A program made the position numbers and the translations under genes. Of a DNA stretch of 64,000 nucleotides, positions 25,501 to 39,641 are shown one piece after another. Each line of letters opens with the position of its first letter. Position 1 is the stretch's first letter. The notes below the pieces were generated by a model. That model was not told the origin of the DNA. It saw only the letters and a program-made list of their open reading frames with translations, and searched no databases. Source of the stretch: Diadema antillarum (lineage: Eukaryota); NCBI RefSeq assembly GCF_040938485.1, contig NW_027270982.1, positions 2,914,001 through 2,978,000 of the forward strand, given 5' to 3'.

Positions 25501-28500
25501 TGAAAAAGAAAACAATCAAGGGAAATAATATAGTATGTAGTAAGTACTACATGATGTAAAGTGTGATATAGCAACCTTCTATGTCAAACCACAGGTCAAA
25601 TCGCCGTTTTACTAAAATGTAACCAGAAAATTTAACGCAGGGGTGCTGCATCTTTACCTAGACAATCATGAGAACCACGTCACTTTAAACTACACTCTGT
25701 TAATGAAATCGATGTATTTTAACGAGAAATAGTTGTGCTTATATATTTATTTAAAACTTTAGAAGCCACCCTCCATAAAAGACAGGTTACTTATGCTATG
25801 ATACCACGCCAGATTCCAAGAATTATGACTGTATAGGTTTATGCGAGACATGGAAACAATTCAGATAAATTCTGGTAAGCCATGCGAGATAAGACACAAC
25901 GTGAACAGGAAAATCACGATTTGCCCGCAAAATAATGGGGGGGGGGGGGGTAAAATAGGAGTGGAAAGACAAATAGCAAGGGAGAGTCAATGTCTCAGAA
26001 TTTTCATACGATATCCTGGTAGGTGTGTGAAAACGATAACAGTGTAGCGTTCCGTACACATTTCATGTATAGTTTTTATCATCTTCTTCTTATATCCTCA
26101 TCGGGTTGGTTTGTTGGTGTGGTTTTTATTTTTTCGTCTTTTACATTCAGCAAGCTTCCGTCCCTGGTAGAATCTATCCTTGTATTTCGCCATCGTGAAT
26201 ACGACCATGAGTTTAAAGGTGTTGGTAAGTGCCGGCGCGGCGTGGCGTGCAATACATTAGTTCTTCGAACTTCAACACTCGGGGAAAATGACCAACAAAG
26301 AGAATGAGTGGTGGATGTTTTCTTGTTGTAATTTTCGGTCTTTTCAGGAAAAAAATATAAGCATATGTATCTATTATCAAGAAAGTATGAGACTTTAATA
26401 GCTAAACTCTATGAAACCCTCTCGACTTTCGAAATTTTCGACCATCGACCCCTGAAACCACAGACGATACTCGGCAAAACGATGACTGCTTTTAGTCGAG
26501 TACCATCAATGCCGTTGTCATGGCGACATAGCCAACTTTGCGCGTACTAGGTGAGTACTTGTACCATGAAACGCTCGGAAGGCTGCTCGCAGTTTCAGTG
26601 ACGTTATCCATTATTGACTGGCGAAAAGAGGTAATTAAACTAATTTGGGTTGCTTTGACATTCAGACGCTATAAGCTCGTAGCGAAGCAATATTCACGAG
26701 TCGTAATTCCGTTGGAGCAATTTATTACTGGCATCATTACCTCCATTACAATCCGTGAATTTAGTGAAACTCTAAATGTAAGTGGTATTTACAGGTTGTG
26801 TTTGGGAACATCCAGTGACATGGAACGGCCAAGAAAAAAAAAAATGTTTACAGCATATGACATAACGCAATCTTGATGCTCTTTCCAGAAAAGAACATAT
26901 TTGGCCATGTAAGGTTTCCTTTAGACGTGCTCATCGATTAAGCCTCCAAATTTACAAATCGTCAGAGATTCTTTCCCTCTCCCTCACCTTGTATGAAATT
27001 ACCTATTGTAACCATGGTAACTCGTCATTCCACATTCTGTAATGTTTTTCTTCTGATCACGGTCATCCGCAAGTGGCCGAGTTAGCGGTGCATAGGTTGT
27101 TAAAAGGCATTATTTACCACTTGCAGATCAAACACAAATTCAGCTTTAGTGCTTTAAAATATTTCTAAAATGTGAGTTAGGAATAGAAACAACCAATGTA
27201 AGAATTTGAATCAGTAGAGTCAATGTTATGTATTGTTAAATATACAAAATGTGAACAATAGTTATAATAAAAATGTTTCTAGACTTATTGAGAAAAACAG
27301 TGATAACTCCTTATATTTTAGGCTTCATTGCGAAATTTTTGTATGGTAGGATTTTTGTGATACAACTGACCTGCACATATGCATCAAATGTGATACTAGT
27401 ATCGCGAACATTTTATATATCACTGCTCCCAATGGTCAAGATGGTAAACGGTACCTTTAAAACAATGTTTCTTGCCCAATCAATGAGGGGGAAAAAAGAA
27501 ATTACGTCATCGATACTTTATCCTCGTCTTTATTGTGCGGTTCAGTTCAGTTTGAGTTATATGCATCAATATACCTTATGTGCTATGTCATTCACATCAT
27601 GTTTCGCTTGAAAAGTAAGATGATAAATCGTTTACGATGTACTGGATGTACTGGAGAGAAAACTAGAGGGTGACTCGTGCGTTCAAATACCGCGTAATGA
27701 AATCTTCTTTATTGTTTCTGTTCCCAGTCCTTACACTATCTACTAACATCCTGGCAATACATTTTGAGCATGCCTATCAACTAACGCAAATTCACAAATG
27801 GCACTGTGTAGAAAATTGTGAAGCTTGAATAAAAAAAAATGCAAAAACCACAGAGAACTGCTATATACGAACAATATTGCATCTCTCGTATTCAGAACAT
27901 CTTCGTCGGCTTAAAGAATGATAAGTGCTTGAACCTATATTGCTGCAGATGAGATGAATCAGTGTTTCGAGAAGTCTCATTTCTAATGCCTTTTTTTCGC
28001 TCGGAGCAAGTCTTTATTTTCTAGTCCGTTGTTTGTCTGTCTGTCCGTCTGTCTGTTTGAAGGCGACTGGAAACTTTTCAATTACCTTCTAAAATAATGG
28101 CAATCCAATTATGCGGTTTGGATATTTCATTGTCAAGACGGTAGGTTCGGATCACCAAGAATTCTTTTTGGAATCCTATACTGCCATCCTGGTCTCGTCA
28201 TTTTAATGGTGTGTATTGTTTTGAATTCTGGAAGTCGCACGAGATGATGGGGGGGGGGGGGGCTCTGAAAAAAAGGGACAGTGTCACTAATTTCTGCCTC
28301 GATATGAGTTCTAGCTTATTCCACACTCATCAAATTGACAAGATTAGATACGATTCAAATGAGTTGTCGAGCTCGAGTGGCGACCTATTCAGATGATTCC
28401 GGAAAGATAATACAAGAGATATGCATTCCAATTGCTATAGAAATGAAAAGACATTTTTAAAAGCCTGTCACCCTCGAAAGTTCATATACTCCACGCTCTG

Positions 28501-31500
28501 TACTCGCCTTGAATGGCCTCTCTGAGGCATGCCATGCCAGAAGTGGCATATCACTATTATTCTTGCAATGCACAGCGATTCAGTACAGCACTTCAGCGAA
28601 AAGAGCAAATTTAGAGATAGGGCGTCTGTACATTTAGACATGCTTGAAGCAAACACATACCTGGGATAAGAGGACAACGGATCGCCATCTTATATTGTCT
28701 GGAACAGACACCATATCTCTTTTTTTAGCTATGAAATTGACCCAATTTCACCCCCTAGACTCCTTTCTGTTTTTAAAACGATGATTCAGACATCTAGTAT
28801 GCCACTTTTGTTATTTTCTTTACCTGGATATTTGGAAAGCAAATACGAGTTTGATGTTTAATATGTATTTATCTACATTGCCATTTCCAATGCAAAGTGC
28901 GCCAGTTGTATTCTACACTCGTACTCGTTTGATTGGGAATGTCATAAACCCAGCTGACAATCACATTGGTTATAGAGAAAATGTAAGAGGTTTCAAATTT
29001 CTCTGGGAGATATCAGCCAGAAATATATGTACATGAATCAGTAATATTTCTTTCATCTTTTTCTCCTACGCAAACGAGCTCTTTTACGTCCTCTGCAGCC
29101 AGACTCCACCTCTTCCTCCAGGCAAAACTATCTAAACCAAGAGCTAAATATGAAAACTAACATGACTTAGAGAGTGAACAAGACATACGATTCTTGTCTT
29201 TGCGTGAGTGAATTTCTTGCAACCATGCGAACTTTCGGGCACGCCCGTACGTGTATACGGTAACTTGATAAATTCCGTCAGTGCAGGTGCTTTTCATCAC
29301 TAACCCGTTCTGCTCCACGTCAAAACTCTTATGAATGACTGCTAATCATGCTAATGGTGTTTACACCCTCTTTTCGTTTGTGGATCTGGAGCTGTTTCAC
29401 TAAGTTCGAAAACCAGTCCTACGTTCAATTCAACTGATCTCAGAGCAAATTTTTGGATCAATCAGTCCTCATGAGTTAGAAACTGTTTCCTACCCATTTG
29501 GGAACAATATCTTGCGCCCAACGTAATTGCTATGATTTAGTATACATTTATGAATGTCTAACAAATATACATCCTTTCCAACTATAGATCTGATCTGAAA
29601 CTGTCCCAACTTTAGGTTCATTGTTTGGCTCGATTTAGTTCAGTTAAACAGGGCCCAGACTGTAGAAAGTTGGAACATGATGGCAACTTAGCGGCTATCC
29701 AAGCCACTCTAAATAAAGGGATAAACGCTCGGTACAGTTATTATTAGATAAATCTCTCATTTAGAATTGATAAGCAATAGCAGTTTAACTTTCCCATGCA
29801 ACGTTTTGTTCATAATGATAATTACAAGTTTTTCAAACGCAACGAATACTTCTATAATATTATGTGTTGTGTTACTCATATCGTCGCCATATTGTACAAT
29901 GGATAATCTGTTGTCTAAATACGCAGGACGGGATGCGCTATGGAATAAGTAAGCAACCTTCAATCTTCTTATTCGAATACGAAATGCATTTTTCATCTCA
30001 GCAACAAAAAGGAACTCGACAAATAATAAACAGCAGACACCAAATTTGCCGACATGCTCGAAAAATGATAAATAATGGACAGACGTTTTGTCCTGCTGTC
30101 AATCGCATTCTCAGCGATTTCCGCATGATTACAAACCTGTATCAATAAAACAACATGTCAAATATCCCGTGTGTATTGTTCAAATGATGTCGTTTAAATC
30201 TGTAAAAACAACAAGAAGAAAAAACGAACTGCCGCGGGTCGATCCCCTCTTGGTAACCTCCACCGAGTTCCCAACTTTCCCGCCCACTGTCTTTATACTT
30301 GTTCATCTAGTGTTCCACATTTATGACTTTAATGACTGATACAAGATTTAGTGATGTCTGCATGTCATAATATGCAAGTGTGTCTTGTTTATTTTGTTTG
30401 GTTTTGCTTTTTGTTTCTTTCGTTTTTAAAGGTAACTTTAATGAGAAACATAAAAACAAGGCATTCCTCTTTTATTTGCAGTGTTGGGTCAGGAGGTCGC
30501 GTATTTATTCTCTGCGGGTTTTTGTTTTCGGGGGGGGGGGTAGGGTTTGGCGTGAATTCATGTTTGATACAGCTAAGCAAAATTGTTTGAATCGTGAGAA
30601 TGTGGTGAGAGATGAATTCAGGAAGGTACGAAGGGGGCATAACTATTGGCAGCGTTCTCGACAGAATAGACGCCGCCAAAACCTTGCGAGACCGGAGTCT
30701 CAAAATGGCGTTCCTGGCAGCTTCGCGCCCATGGTGATATACTCTGGCTATAACCTTCATCCAAATTCGAACGAGTTGAGACTCCCGGGTTCCATCCATA
30801 TAGCCTGTGGCTGCTGTACTCTCTCATATCTATAATCAAAATGTTGGATTTTTGAAACACCGGGAATAAGCGGAAAACGTTCTGAAAGCTTGACATTGAT
30901 GTCAACGCGGTAAGAGATGAATCTGCAAGCATTATAAAAGCATGTGTGTTAGGTCGTATCTCATAGAAATATCATATTCTTATAAATTTAGTATCTATCT
31001 CTACGATCTGTCTACATGATCGAGGACAATTGCCTTGATCAATGCTTTTGAAAACTTTCTAGGCACTAGAATACGAATAGGTCTTCCTGAACGAGAAAAT
31101 CTACTTGAGGTCATTTCACATGATGTACCATTATTATGAGTAGAATTCTTCACATAATGTAGTTAATAGACTGCAAAAAGCATCGGTGCATCAATAACAG
31201 CTTGTACGTCCAAATGTCCAATTACTTCAAACTTACGTAATTAACTGCCTGTAAAGAAATCTCNNNNNNNNNNNNNNNNNNNNNNNNNNNNNNNNNNNNN
31301 NNNNNNNNNNNNNNNNNNNNNNNNNNNNNNNNNNNNNNNNNNNNNNNNNNNNNNNNNNNNNNNNNNNNNNNNNNNNNNNNNNNNNNNNNNNNNNNNNNNN
31401 NNNNNNNNNNNNNNNNNNNNNNNNNNNNNNNNNNNNNNNNNNNNNNNNNNNNNNNNNNNNNNNNNNNNNNNNNNNNNNNNNNNNNNNNNNNNNNNNNNNN

Positions 31501-31613
31501 NNNNNNNNNNNNNNNNNNNNNNNNNNNNNNNNNNNNNNNNNNNNNNTTTATCTATCTACCGATCTATCTCCCTAGCTCCCCACCTCTCTCCCTCTCTCCC
31601 TAGAGTCCCTATA

Positions 31614-31618
<5 letters not shown>

Positions 31619-31669
<51 letters not shown>
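31619..31669. repeat. (CT)n microsatellite near the assembly gap
   Basis: Read directly from the sequence. Confidence 0.95.
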
Positions 31670-31672
<3 letters not shown>

Positions 31673-31984
31673 ATGAATGAAACACCTTCAATGATCCTCA
31701 AGGGAGTTATTTCTTAAGAATTAGGGCAGTAAAGTTGTTGGAATGATATAGAGCTATCGCAGAGGAAAGCAAAACGTTCTGGTAGAAATCGGTGTCAGTT
31801 TACAAGTATCAGAGGCCATTGCCAAACTTCCGTTTTCAGTTCTAGTACTTCTGATATTTGCCATAGACAAGACCGTTTTTGTTTCTATCTTGTCGAGGTC
31901 TACCTGTCAAAATTTTGGGGTCATATTATTAACCGCGATCACCTTTGCACTTCCCCTTTTTATGCGCGCCCTCATTCCAAAGTT

Positions 31985-32765
31985 TTAAAGGGATGATATA
32001 GTTTTGGTTGAGACCTACAGTAATTTCAGGTTTCTAACATTTTTTGGTGAGATAATGAGAAACCTCTTATGAAATACGAAAGAGCATGTAATTCCATGAG
32101 AAATTCATCGTTTATTTGATGAAAATTGGTTTTGAAATGGCTGAGATATCCAAAGCAGTCCGATTCTAATAAAGTGTGGGACCCACCTTTTGTTACGATC
32201 GCTTTGTTTTACTTTATTTTTGGATGTTTCAGTCGTTCCAAAACCCGATTTTCTTCAAATAAACTTTGAATTCCTCTTAAAATGGTATGCTCTGTACTAT
32301 TTTATAAGCGTTTTCTTGGTATCTCGCAAAAGTTAAAAGCCCAATTCTCATCTCCACCAATAGTGTAACATCCCTTTAAAGGGAAGGTACAGTATTGGTG
32401 GAGATGAGAATTGGGCTTTTAACTTTTTGTGAGATACCAAGAAAACACTTATGATATAGTACAGAGCATACCATTTTAAGAGGATTTCAAAGTTTATTTG
32501 ATGAAAATCGGGTTTGGAATGACTGAAACATCCAAAAACAAAGTAAAACAGGCAATCGTAATAAAGTGTGGGTCCCACACTTTATTGGAATCGCTCTTTT
32601 TTGGATATCTCAGCCATTTCAAAACCAATTTTCATCAAATAAACGTTGAATTCCTCATAGAATTACATGCTCTTTCATATTTCATAAGAGGTTTCTCATT
32701 ATCTCACCAAAAAAATGTTAGAAACCTGAAATTAGGTCTCAACCAAAACTGTATGATCCCTTTAA
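31985..32765. mobile_element. Inverted dimer of a TTAA-flanked MITE (Kolobok-like), copies 31989-32375 and 32380-32761
   Basis: TTAA|AGGGATG...CATCCCT|TTAA|AGGGAAG...GATCCCT|TTAA. The second copy is the reverse complement of the first with scattered mismatches. Confidence 0.85.
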
Positions 32766-34357
32766 GCTGCTGTGTAGTTGTGATCAGGTTTCTTATGGAC
32801 ACATTCCCCGCTTTTCTTTCAGTTGCCTTTGTGGATGGTTAGCGCTCTTACAGAGACGTGGGTGGATCAGCTCATCATACAGTCATACGATTACTGAATT
32901 TGGGGATAATACGCACTCAATAATGAAAAAAAAAAATCACAATTTAAGCGGTGAGCGCTCCCCTGATAAAAAAACCCCAAAACACATTTTGTCTTCGCAG
33001 ACGACAAAGCGACGAAGAAAATGACTGGATTGAATGTGTCGCAGATCATGTGTTGACAGGTATTCCCCTTATGAAGCCATTGGTCCCCCAAGAGAGAAAT
33101 CCCTCTATAATACAATAGGGCAAGCCCAAAACTCAGTGTACTGCGTAATAGTCAATCGCAGAATCCCCGTTTGATGCCTTCATTTTTGTCGGTTAACTTA
33201 TGTGTCACATGACAGTGAAATTGTATTCATGAGTGACATTGTATACGCTATTTTGCAGGAGACTCGAAAGTCTTATGACGTGCCCGCGTGAATGTTCGTG
33301 TGTTAGTGCGTGTGCGTCTTCCATAATGTCCAATTGTGTAAACCGGGGTCATAAACAGAAACAGGAAAAAACAAGGTGTGATAGCACACATGTCAATAAT
33401 GGTGATGGAGGTACAATGTGTCATAATCTGCCTTGTTTTTTGAATACAATTTCGCCCCTTTTGCAATAACAATTCGTTTTATTCGCTTGTGTATGTATGT
33501 GTGTGTGTGTGTGTGTGTGTGCGCTTTTTTTTTAGACAATGCGATATAGGGCGTATGGGTTGCACAATGGAACATAAATGCTTGATAAATCAGCTTAAAA
33601 GCTCGGAGAGAAAACGTAAACACGTTAACTCGTCTAGGAATGAGGATGATTATTATTTTTCGCTTCCAAACTGATGACACACCGGAACTAATACAAGATG
33701 TCAACCACCAAGGCGCCACTTCCGTATTAACATAGTATGTGTCGCAGAGATTTGCAGTGAGTGGTGAAAACGTGTAACGTCCACGCAGTTTCATTCAGAC
33801 TGGTTACACCTTTGTATAATCTAAGTTGGTGTTTTCATGAGATGACCAACATCAAGAGAGGACCCTTTTTTTTGGGGGGGGGGGAGGGGTATGGGGAGTT
33901 ACGTTGGCAGAAGAGGTCAAAAAGTACATCTCAATCCTTGTTGTGCTGGACTCGGTGTGTACAGATTATCGTAATGTGTATGTGTGTGTATTCGCCGAAG
34001 GCGCTTTTTGATTGACGTGAAAAACACAATTACGGTCCACAGCACGTTCTCTCAAAACTAATAATCCCGAAAGAAAAAAAAATGAATAAGAAAACCGCAG
34101 TTTGCAGGGAAATGGGGGGAAGGGGACAACCTTTAGCAAATGTTATCATCTCTTTGGAAAGGTGGATGAAGAATTTATACGAGTTGCGGTTTGAGTGCAC
34201 AGCGCAAACTTTGGGGGAAAGATGGGGACCAAAAATAAGATTATGACCATGAACTATAGGTCAATAGCATTAGAATGGACTCAAGGTGAGTTAATGGTCA
34301 AGGTCTTTTCATGTATATTAGTTTTGCTTACTCACTGGTTAGACCTCAAGTCAATGC

Positions 34358-34358
<1 letters not shown>

Positions 34359-34402
<44 letters not shown>

Positions 34403-34416
34403 TATATTTATATATA
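34359..34416. repeat. (TA)n microsatellite
   Basis: Read directly from the sequence. Confidence 0.95.
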
Positions 34417-35215
34417 CGCAAATGTGAGACTTTTTGGTGACAAATATGATGATTGATAATGAGATCGTTAATCTCCTATCCAAAAGGCCATGTTTCCTTG
34501 TCACTTCCGGGCGGAAGTTTGTTACTTCAGCTACAGTCTTCATTCAAGCCGCTGTGGCTTCCTAACATGGAGTCAACTCCACAAACAGCCAATGCATGGC
34601 CTATCTTTTGCAGTGTCTGGTACTAAGACTCGGTGGTGGGCATTTTGCTGCTGGTATTTTGTTGTTGGTGTTATTGTTGTTGTTGATGTTGTAGTTGTTT
34701 TATTGAAAAAGACTAAGGAGAGAAATATCAAATGATGACCGGGCGAAAAAAAAAAATCCCTCTTGGTGTTGTTCATTATTTATACCATCATCATTATTGC
34801 GAAACTGTAGTCTTATTGGCACGAGATATGGTTTCCCGACTCATGATAGACTGATTAAATTCAACTATTTTGGGGAGTTTGCGGAAAGAAACTGATATGC
34901 AACGCCACAGTTCATGACCATTGATTTGGTCGACACCTACACCACCTCAGGAAGTTCGTAGCACATGGGCCCTGGGTGACATGATGCATATTAGGCATGT
35001 AATCCAAATACCGGCAGCTCATCAACTAAGCATGTCGTAATGCTCGCTCAGAGTATGAACACTTTTCTTCATAGAACATAATTCATGAAGCATTTAATCG
35101 CAAAAGGAGTTAGCTCCCGGTCTTGCTAAGTCTTGAGATATTTGTGATTTAAAGCTGCTAAGAAATAGCAAAATGATAAGATGATATGGGGTATACTTTT
35201 TATCATATTATAGCA

Positions 35216-35706
35216 TCAAGAATGGGTGCTGTTCGTTATTCCGAAGGTTCGTTAATCCGAAACACACAAATTCCCTATACCTAGAGGTTATTTAATCCAA
35301 AAATGAAAAAGGCTTCGTTAATCCGAAAATTTGTGGCGTTATTCCGAAGGTTCGTTATTCCGAAGGTTCGTTTATCCGAAAATGAAATAGGGTTCGCTAT
35401 TCCGAAGGCTCGTTTATCCGAAAATGACATAGGGTTCGTTATTCCTAAGGTTCGTTGATCCGACAATGAAATAGGATCCGTAACGAACCTTCGGAATAAC
35501 GAGCTTTGTTTCATTTTCGGATTAACGAACCTTCGGAAAAGCGAACCTTATTTCATTTCCGGATTAATGAACCTTCAGAATAACAAACCTTATCACAATT
35601 TGATAAACGAACCTTCGGAATGACGAATCTTCGGAATAACGAACCTTCGGACTAAAGAACCATCGGAATGACGAACCTTCGGAAAATGAACAGTAACCTC
35701 AAGAAT
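35216..35706. mobile_element. Foldback-type element (35224-35698) built from a 14-16 bp repeat unit, with 8-bp TSD
   Basis: TCAAGAAT|gggtgctgttcgttattccgaaggttcg ... cgaaccttcggaaaatgaacagtaacc|TCAAGAAT. The unit ttcgttattccgaagg faces one way in the left half and is inverted in the right half. Confidence 0.85.
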
Positions 35707-36215
35707 ATAATCTTGTTATGTAACAAGTGAGGTGGTGGACGTATTTTAAGATGTTCAGAAATAGCGCTTACCCCGTTTTGCATTGAAAGTCTATATGAAC
35801 GGTGTATTATACAAACTCAGTCGAAAGCATGAATGATCAAAATAATTGTAGCCATTTCCTTCTTGTATTTCGCTGTGTTTTTTATGAAGGGAGAGAAAAT
35901 CTTGCGATTTTTTTTTTAATTATTTTGAGAGGGGTAAACAAACAACTGTCCACATTTTTAGCTGTCTTTGTAGGTATTTCTTTTTATCAAAAGTAAACTG
36001 TCAAATGAAGAAATTCGATACATAATCATAGTATGATTACTTACTGCAGTTGCATTTATTTCGTTTCTTAGAGAGAAAAAGAAATACAAAATCATGGCGA
36101 CTATCAGCTCATAAGAGATCAGTTGTAAGGAAGGAATGTTTTTGGCACACCTCTCGACTTAGATAGATCACTCATTCATGTTTTGTTTTTTGATTTGACC
36201 TATTTTTCCCGCCAG

Positions 36216-36354
36216 AAAAACGGAGTCCGACGATCTCGACCTCGTCGTCCAGCTCGATGTCTTCGACGACAAGAAAGTGGCGGATGAGGAGCAGTACATC
36301 CCTGGTGTCGACCTCAACAACCACATCGATGTCTTCCACGCCATTTTCAAGCAG
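36216..36354 (+). CDS. INF2: INF2-like formin exon: (R)KTESDDLDLVVQLDVFDDKKVADEEQYIPGVDLNNHIDVFHAIFKQ
   Basis: tttttcccgccAG acceptor; CAG|GTAGGA donor; 139 nt, phase 2 to 0. Matches INF2 D.DL.IQL..F...K..DEE...GVD...H..VF. Confidence 0.93.
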
Positions 36355-37269
36355 GTAGGAGAAAACCCATAAAAATGATATTGTCCTCAAATAAAAGAAT
36401 GTAAGTAATACATAAAAAAGCATTCTTACATTCATAAAAGGAACACGAGTGCAAGTGGTATTAAGTATTCGAAATGTACTGCCTTCCTTATCTATATCTA
36501 TCATAAAATAGCAACATACCTGCCATTTTAGTTTGAATTAGCGGTATAAAATGACAAAGAAGTTCATTCCCGCGACGCTCTAGTTTTTACCGGAAGAACG
36601 TAAGGGTAGGTTAATTTCCACGAAGAGCAATAGATAATGACCCCTCTTCGCCGGCTTGCCTACTATATATTGCTTACTGACATTCGCCAACGTTGCTTAG
36701 TTATCTACCAAACAAAACCCCAACAAAGAGGCAACACCTTTAGCACCTTGAATACTGGTTTTGATAAATTGACCCTCAGTGAAAAGTGCAAAACGGTCAG
36801 CAGTGGTCAAGTAGTCGGACATGCTACTATTGGTCAGCCTTGTGCATACAAAAAGACATACCCATTTTTATCAGTCCAATCTATCAGGTTAATTCAGAGA
36901 AAGTAATTGACTTAACAAGTAGATTATTACTCATCACATTTGACTATACCAGCTTTGTTAAATGCGTGAAGTCAGATGATATATTGGAAATCCAGCGAGT
37001 GAAGTAAACAGAGGAGATTAAAAATGACATTACTTGAAGATGATATCATATAGAGGACAGTGGATTCTGTTGGCGAGTTAGGATTAACATCGTTGTTGAT
37101 TACGCGAATGAAGGTCGTCACGCAACAGCCTGGGGTCACAGCAGCACCTTATCTGCCTACATGCATGAGAAAATAATGGTGTACAGTACATAGCCAGGAA
37201 TGACATGGGAAAATAGCAGCAGTTGTCCCTAGGAAGCAGGGATTATGAGGTCGTGTGGACATCCGACTA

Positions 37270-38051
37270 TAGTTACGTTCAGACGGCAGGCCCTAACCTC
37301 GAGGTTAGGAAACCTCGAGGTTTCGCTCTTCCCCCCTAACTACGACGTGTGTCCACACGACGAATCTTAACCTCGAGGTTACGAAACTTCGAGGTTAAGC
37401 TTCTGCCCCCCGTAACTACGAGTGGGTCCTACTCGATGTTAAAACCACAAAACCGGAAGTTTCAGCCCACACTGCTAACAAGGCGTCTATTTATTCTTTA
37501 GTCGAACCCTGTCGGACTCGCTTACGGGTACTCTTTTTCTCTGTCATGGTATGCAGAGATAGCACTGCACTGATGACTTTATGCCTTTATGAAGATATTC
37601 GTCGAAAACATTTTTTTAGCGTCGGAGAAGAATATAGAATACAGTTTGATAGCGAGTTCGACGTGTTCAGTTTCAGAGATCAAGCGCATGGGAAGAAAAG
37701 ATGATGTTGTTGTGTCATGCGTCATAGGTTTTTCACGTGTGGTGTATTTGTGGTGTACGTTTGGGAGGTTGACCCGGAAGCAGAGGGAAATTGTGGGGGC
37801 CGGAGTTTACGGCGAGGTCACTCTTAACTTCGAGTTCGTTGTGTTTTGTGTCCACACGGTGCTTAACTACGAGTGGGGACCCCCCGCGGCTCGTGGTTAG
37901 AGCGCTAACCATAAGATTTCTCGTGGCTCGAAACTTCGAGCAAACCTCGAGGTTTGCTAACTACGAGTGCGTCTTCACGGTCCCTAACTACAAGCTCTAA
38001 CCTCGAAGTTTCCTAACTTCGAGGTTAAGGGCTCCCGTCTGAACGTAACTA
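37270..38051. mobile_element. Non-autonomous TIR element of 782 bp (Harbinger-like TIR)
   Basis: TIRs tagttacgttcagacgg and ccgtctgaacgtaacta; subterminal arrays of aacctcgaggtt/aacttcgag and taactacgag. Confidence 0.85.
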
Positions 38052-39641
38052 ATATGAAGGAAGACAAACCGCTAGAGATTAAAATTGACATACATCCGAG
38101 ATAACAAAGTGTCGTTACCATGCATGTGTCCCGATAAATAGTGACAAGAGCGAGGGAACGCGCATCTCCACCAGCAGATTGGCACCCGATTAAGATTTAA
38201 AAAAAAAAAAAAACACTGGGCAACCGAGAGAAATATTAGGCAAAAAATGCATTCATTCATTTTTATCTATTTTCATACTTATTATCTGTTCTTCATTCGA
38301 ACACTAAAATTCATCGAGCCGCTTTCGTTCAGTGATACCTGGCTCATCATAAGCTTCCTCCCCATATGCCTTTGCACTGAATATGGATTTCAGTTTAGTT
38401 TTATAATGTCTTTCTTTCTTTCTTGTTTATGTGCGCTTAAGCTGAATTGACGTACCATAATGAAGTAGACAGACTGTGCACAATTAGCCTTTTAATCGGC
38501 AAATTACTACCAGGTTACGAAACCATTCGACACCAGCTTTAAAATGGAGCCGCGTTTCCTCTTTAGCGTGAAAAACGGTGGCCGCTTTCAGTACAGACGA
38601 TCAGTGGATGTCATGAGATTTGTACACCGCGGGCCAGACGGCATCCTTACCTGCTACTTCCACTGGAGACTTGCTCTTCGTACCAGGTCGTTGCCCTTGT
38701 TCCTTTTCTTCTTCTTTTTTTTTTCAGTCACCAAAGACATTCACCTTCTTTTGAAAGTCCGCGAAAGTGCAAGACAGTTTTCAGTGCAAGTGCGAAGCGG
38801 TTAGGCACCTCTCGGGCATGCCAAAACAACTCAAAGTCAAATCAAAACTTAGAATCAAATCAAACTTACGATTACACATCACTTCTACCATCAGACCTAA
38901 AAACAAATATCCATCGCGCACACTTCTGTCATCCAGGCCAAAACAAAACAAAACTATGCGAAACAAAAGAATCATCGAGTGTGGGGTGTTAGCGTACTAG
39001 TTTCTGGTAGGGGTTTATTTTGACATCTCACTGTTGCGCGCGTTACTTTTGATCGCGGAGAAGGGGCATTGTCAGGTATACAGCACGTTCCCAAAATATA
39101 CGATAGGCCTAATATGTTTGTTTGCTGGGAAAGATAATCAAATTATAGATGACATTGACATCGTGTCATATTTCCAACACGCAGCTTTCTGCAAACGGTC
39201 TGCTCACAAATCACTTGAGTCTAGCTATAAGAATTATTCTCATAACAGGTAGCTGTCAAATACCGTGGGTCAGTGCGGGTAACTTCACATTTGAAGTGGG
39301 TGATTACACACCGACGTCCAGTGACAATTGAGATGACATTTGCACAGGCTCTTATTAACTATTATAGTAGGCACGAGTGGGACGGTGTTTAAAGACGCCG
39401 TATAAATATTGTGGTGGCTCAATTTTAGAAATTGTGGAGCTCTTGCTGTCTGAGCTGTTTGATCTGTTTTAAGGCATGAACCTGAAAGTCACTCCAGCAT
39501 ACAGAGCTTTGGGGACTTCTGTTCTCTCTCTAAAGAGATATATCGAACATTTATCACCACACACTCTACATTTTATTTATTTATTTATTTATTTCTAATC
39601 TTTTGTCAGGGTAGTCCATGCTTAGTGGGTAATGCGATCCC

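Noticed and set aside
26151-26224. Exon-like segment (ttcAG ... TTG|GTAAGT)
   Set aside because: 74 nt, entering in phase 2 and leaving in phase 1, so it is incompatible with the 36216 exon, and it has no formin similarity. It could only be a poison exon, and nothing supports that.
30426-30441. TTAA-AGGTAACT-TTAA, a possible Kolobok footprint
   Set aside because: Too short to distinguish from chance in AT-rich DNA.
35224-35698. CRISPR-like appearance of the short repeat array
   Set aside because: Eukaryotic context, no unique equal-length spacers, repeats invert at the midpoint, and a TSD is present.
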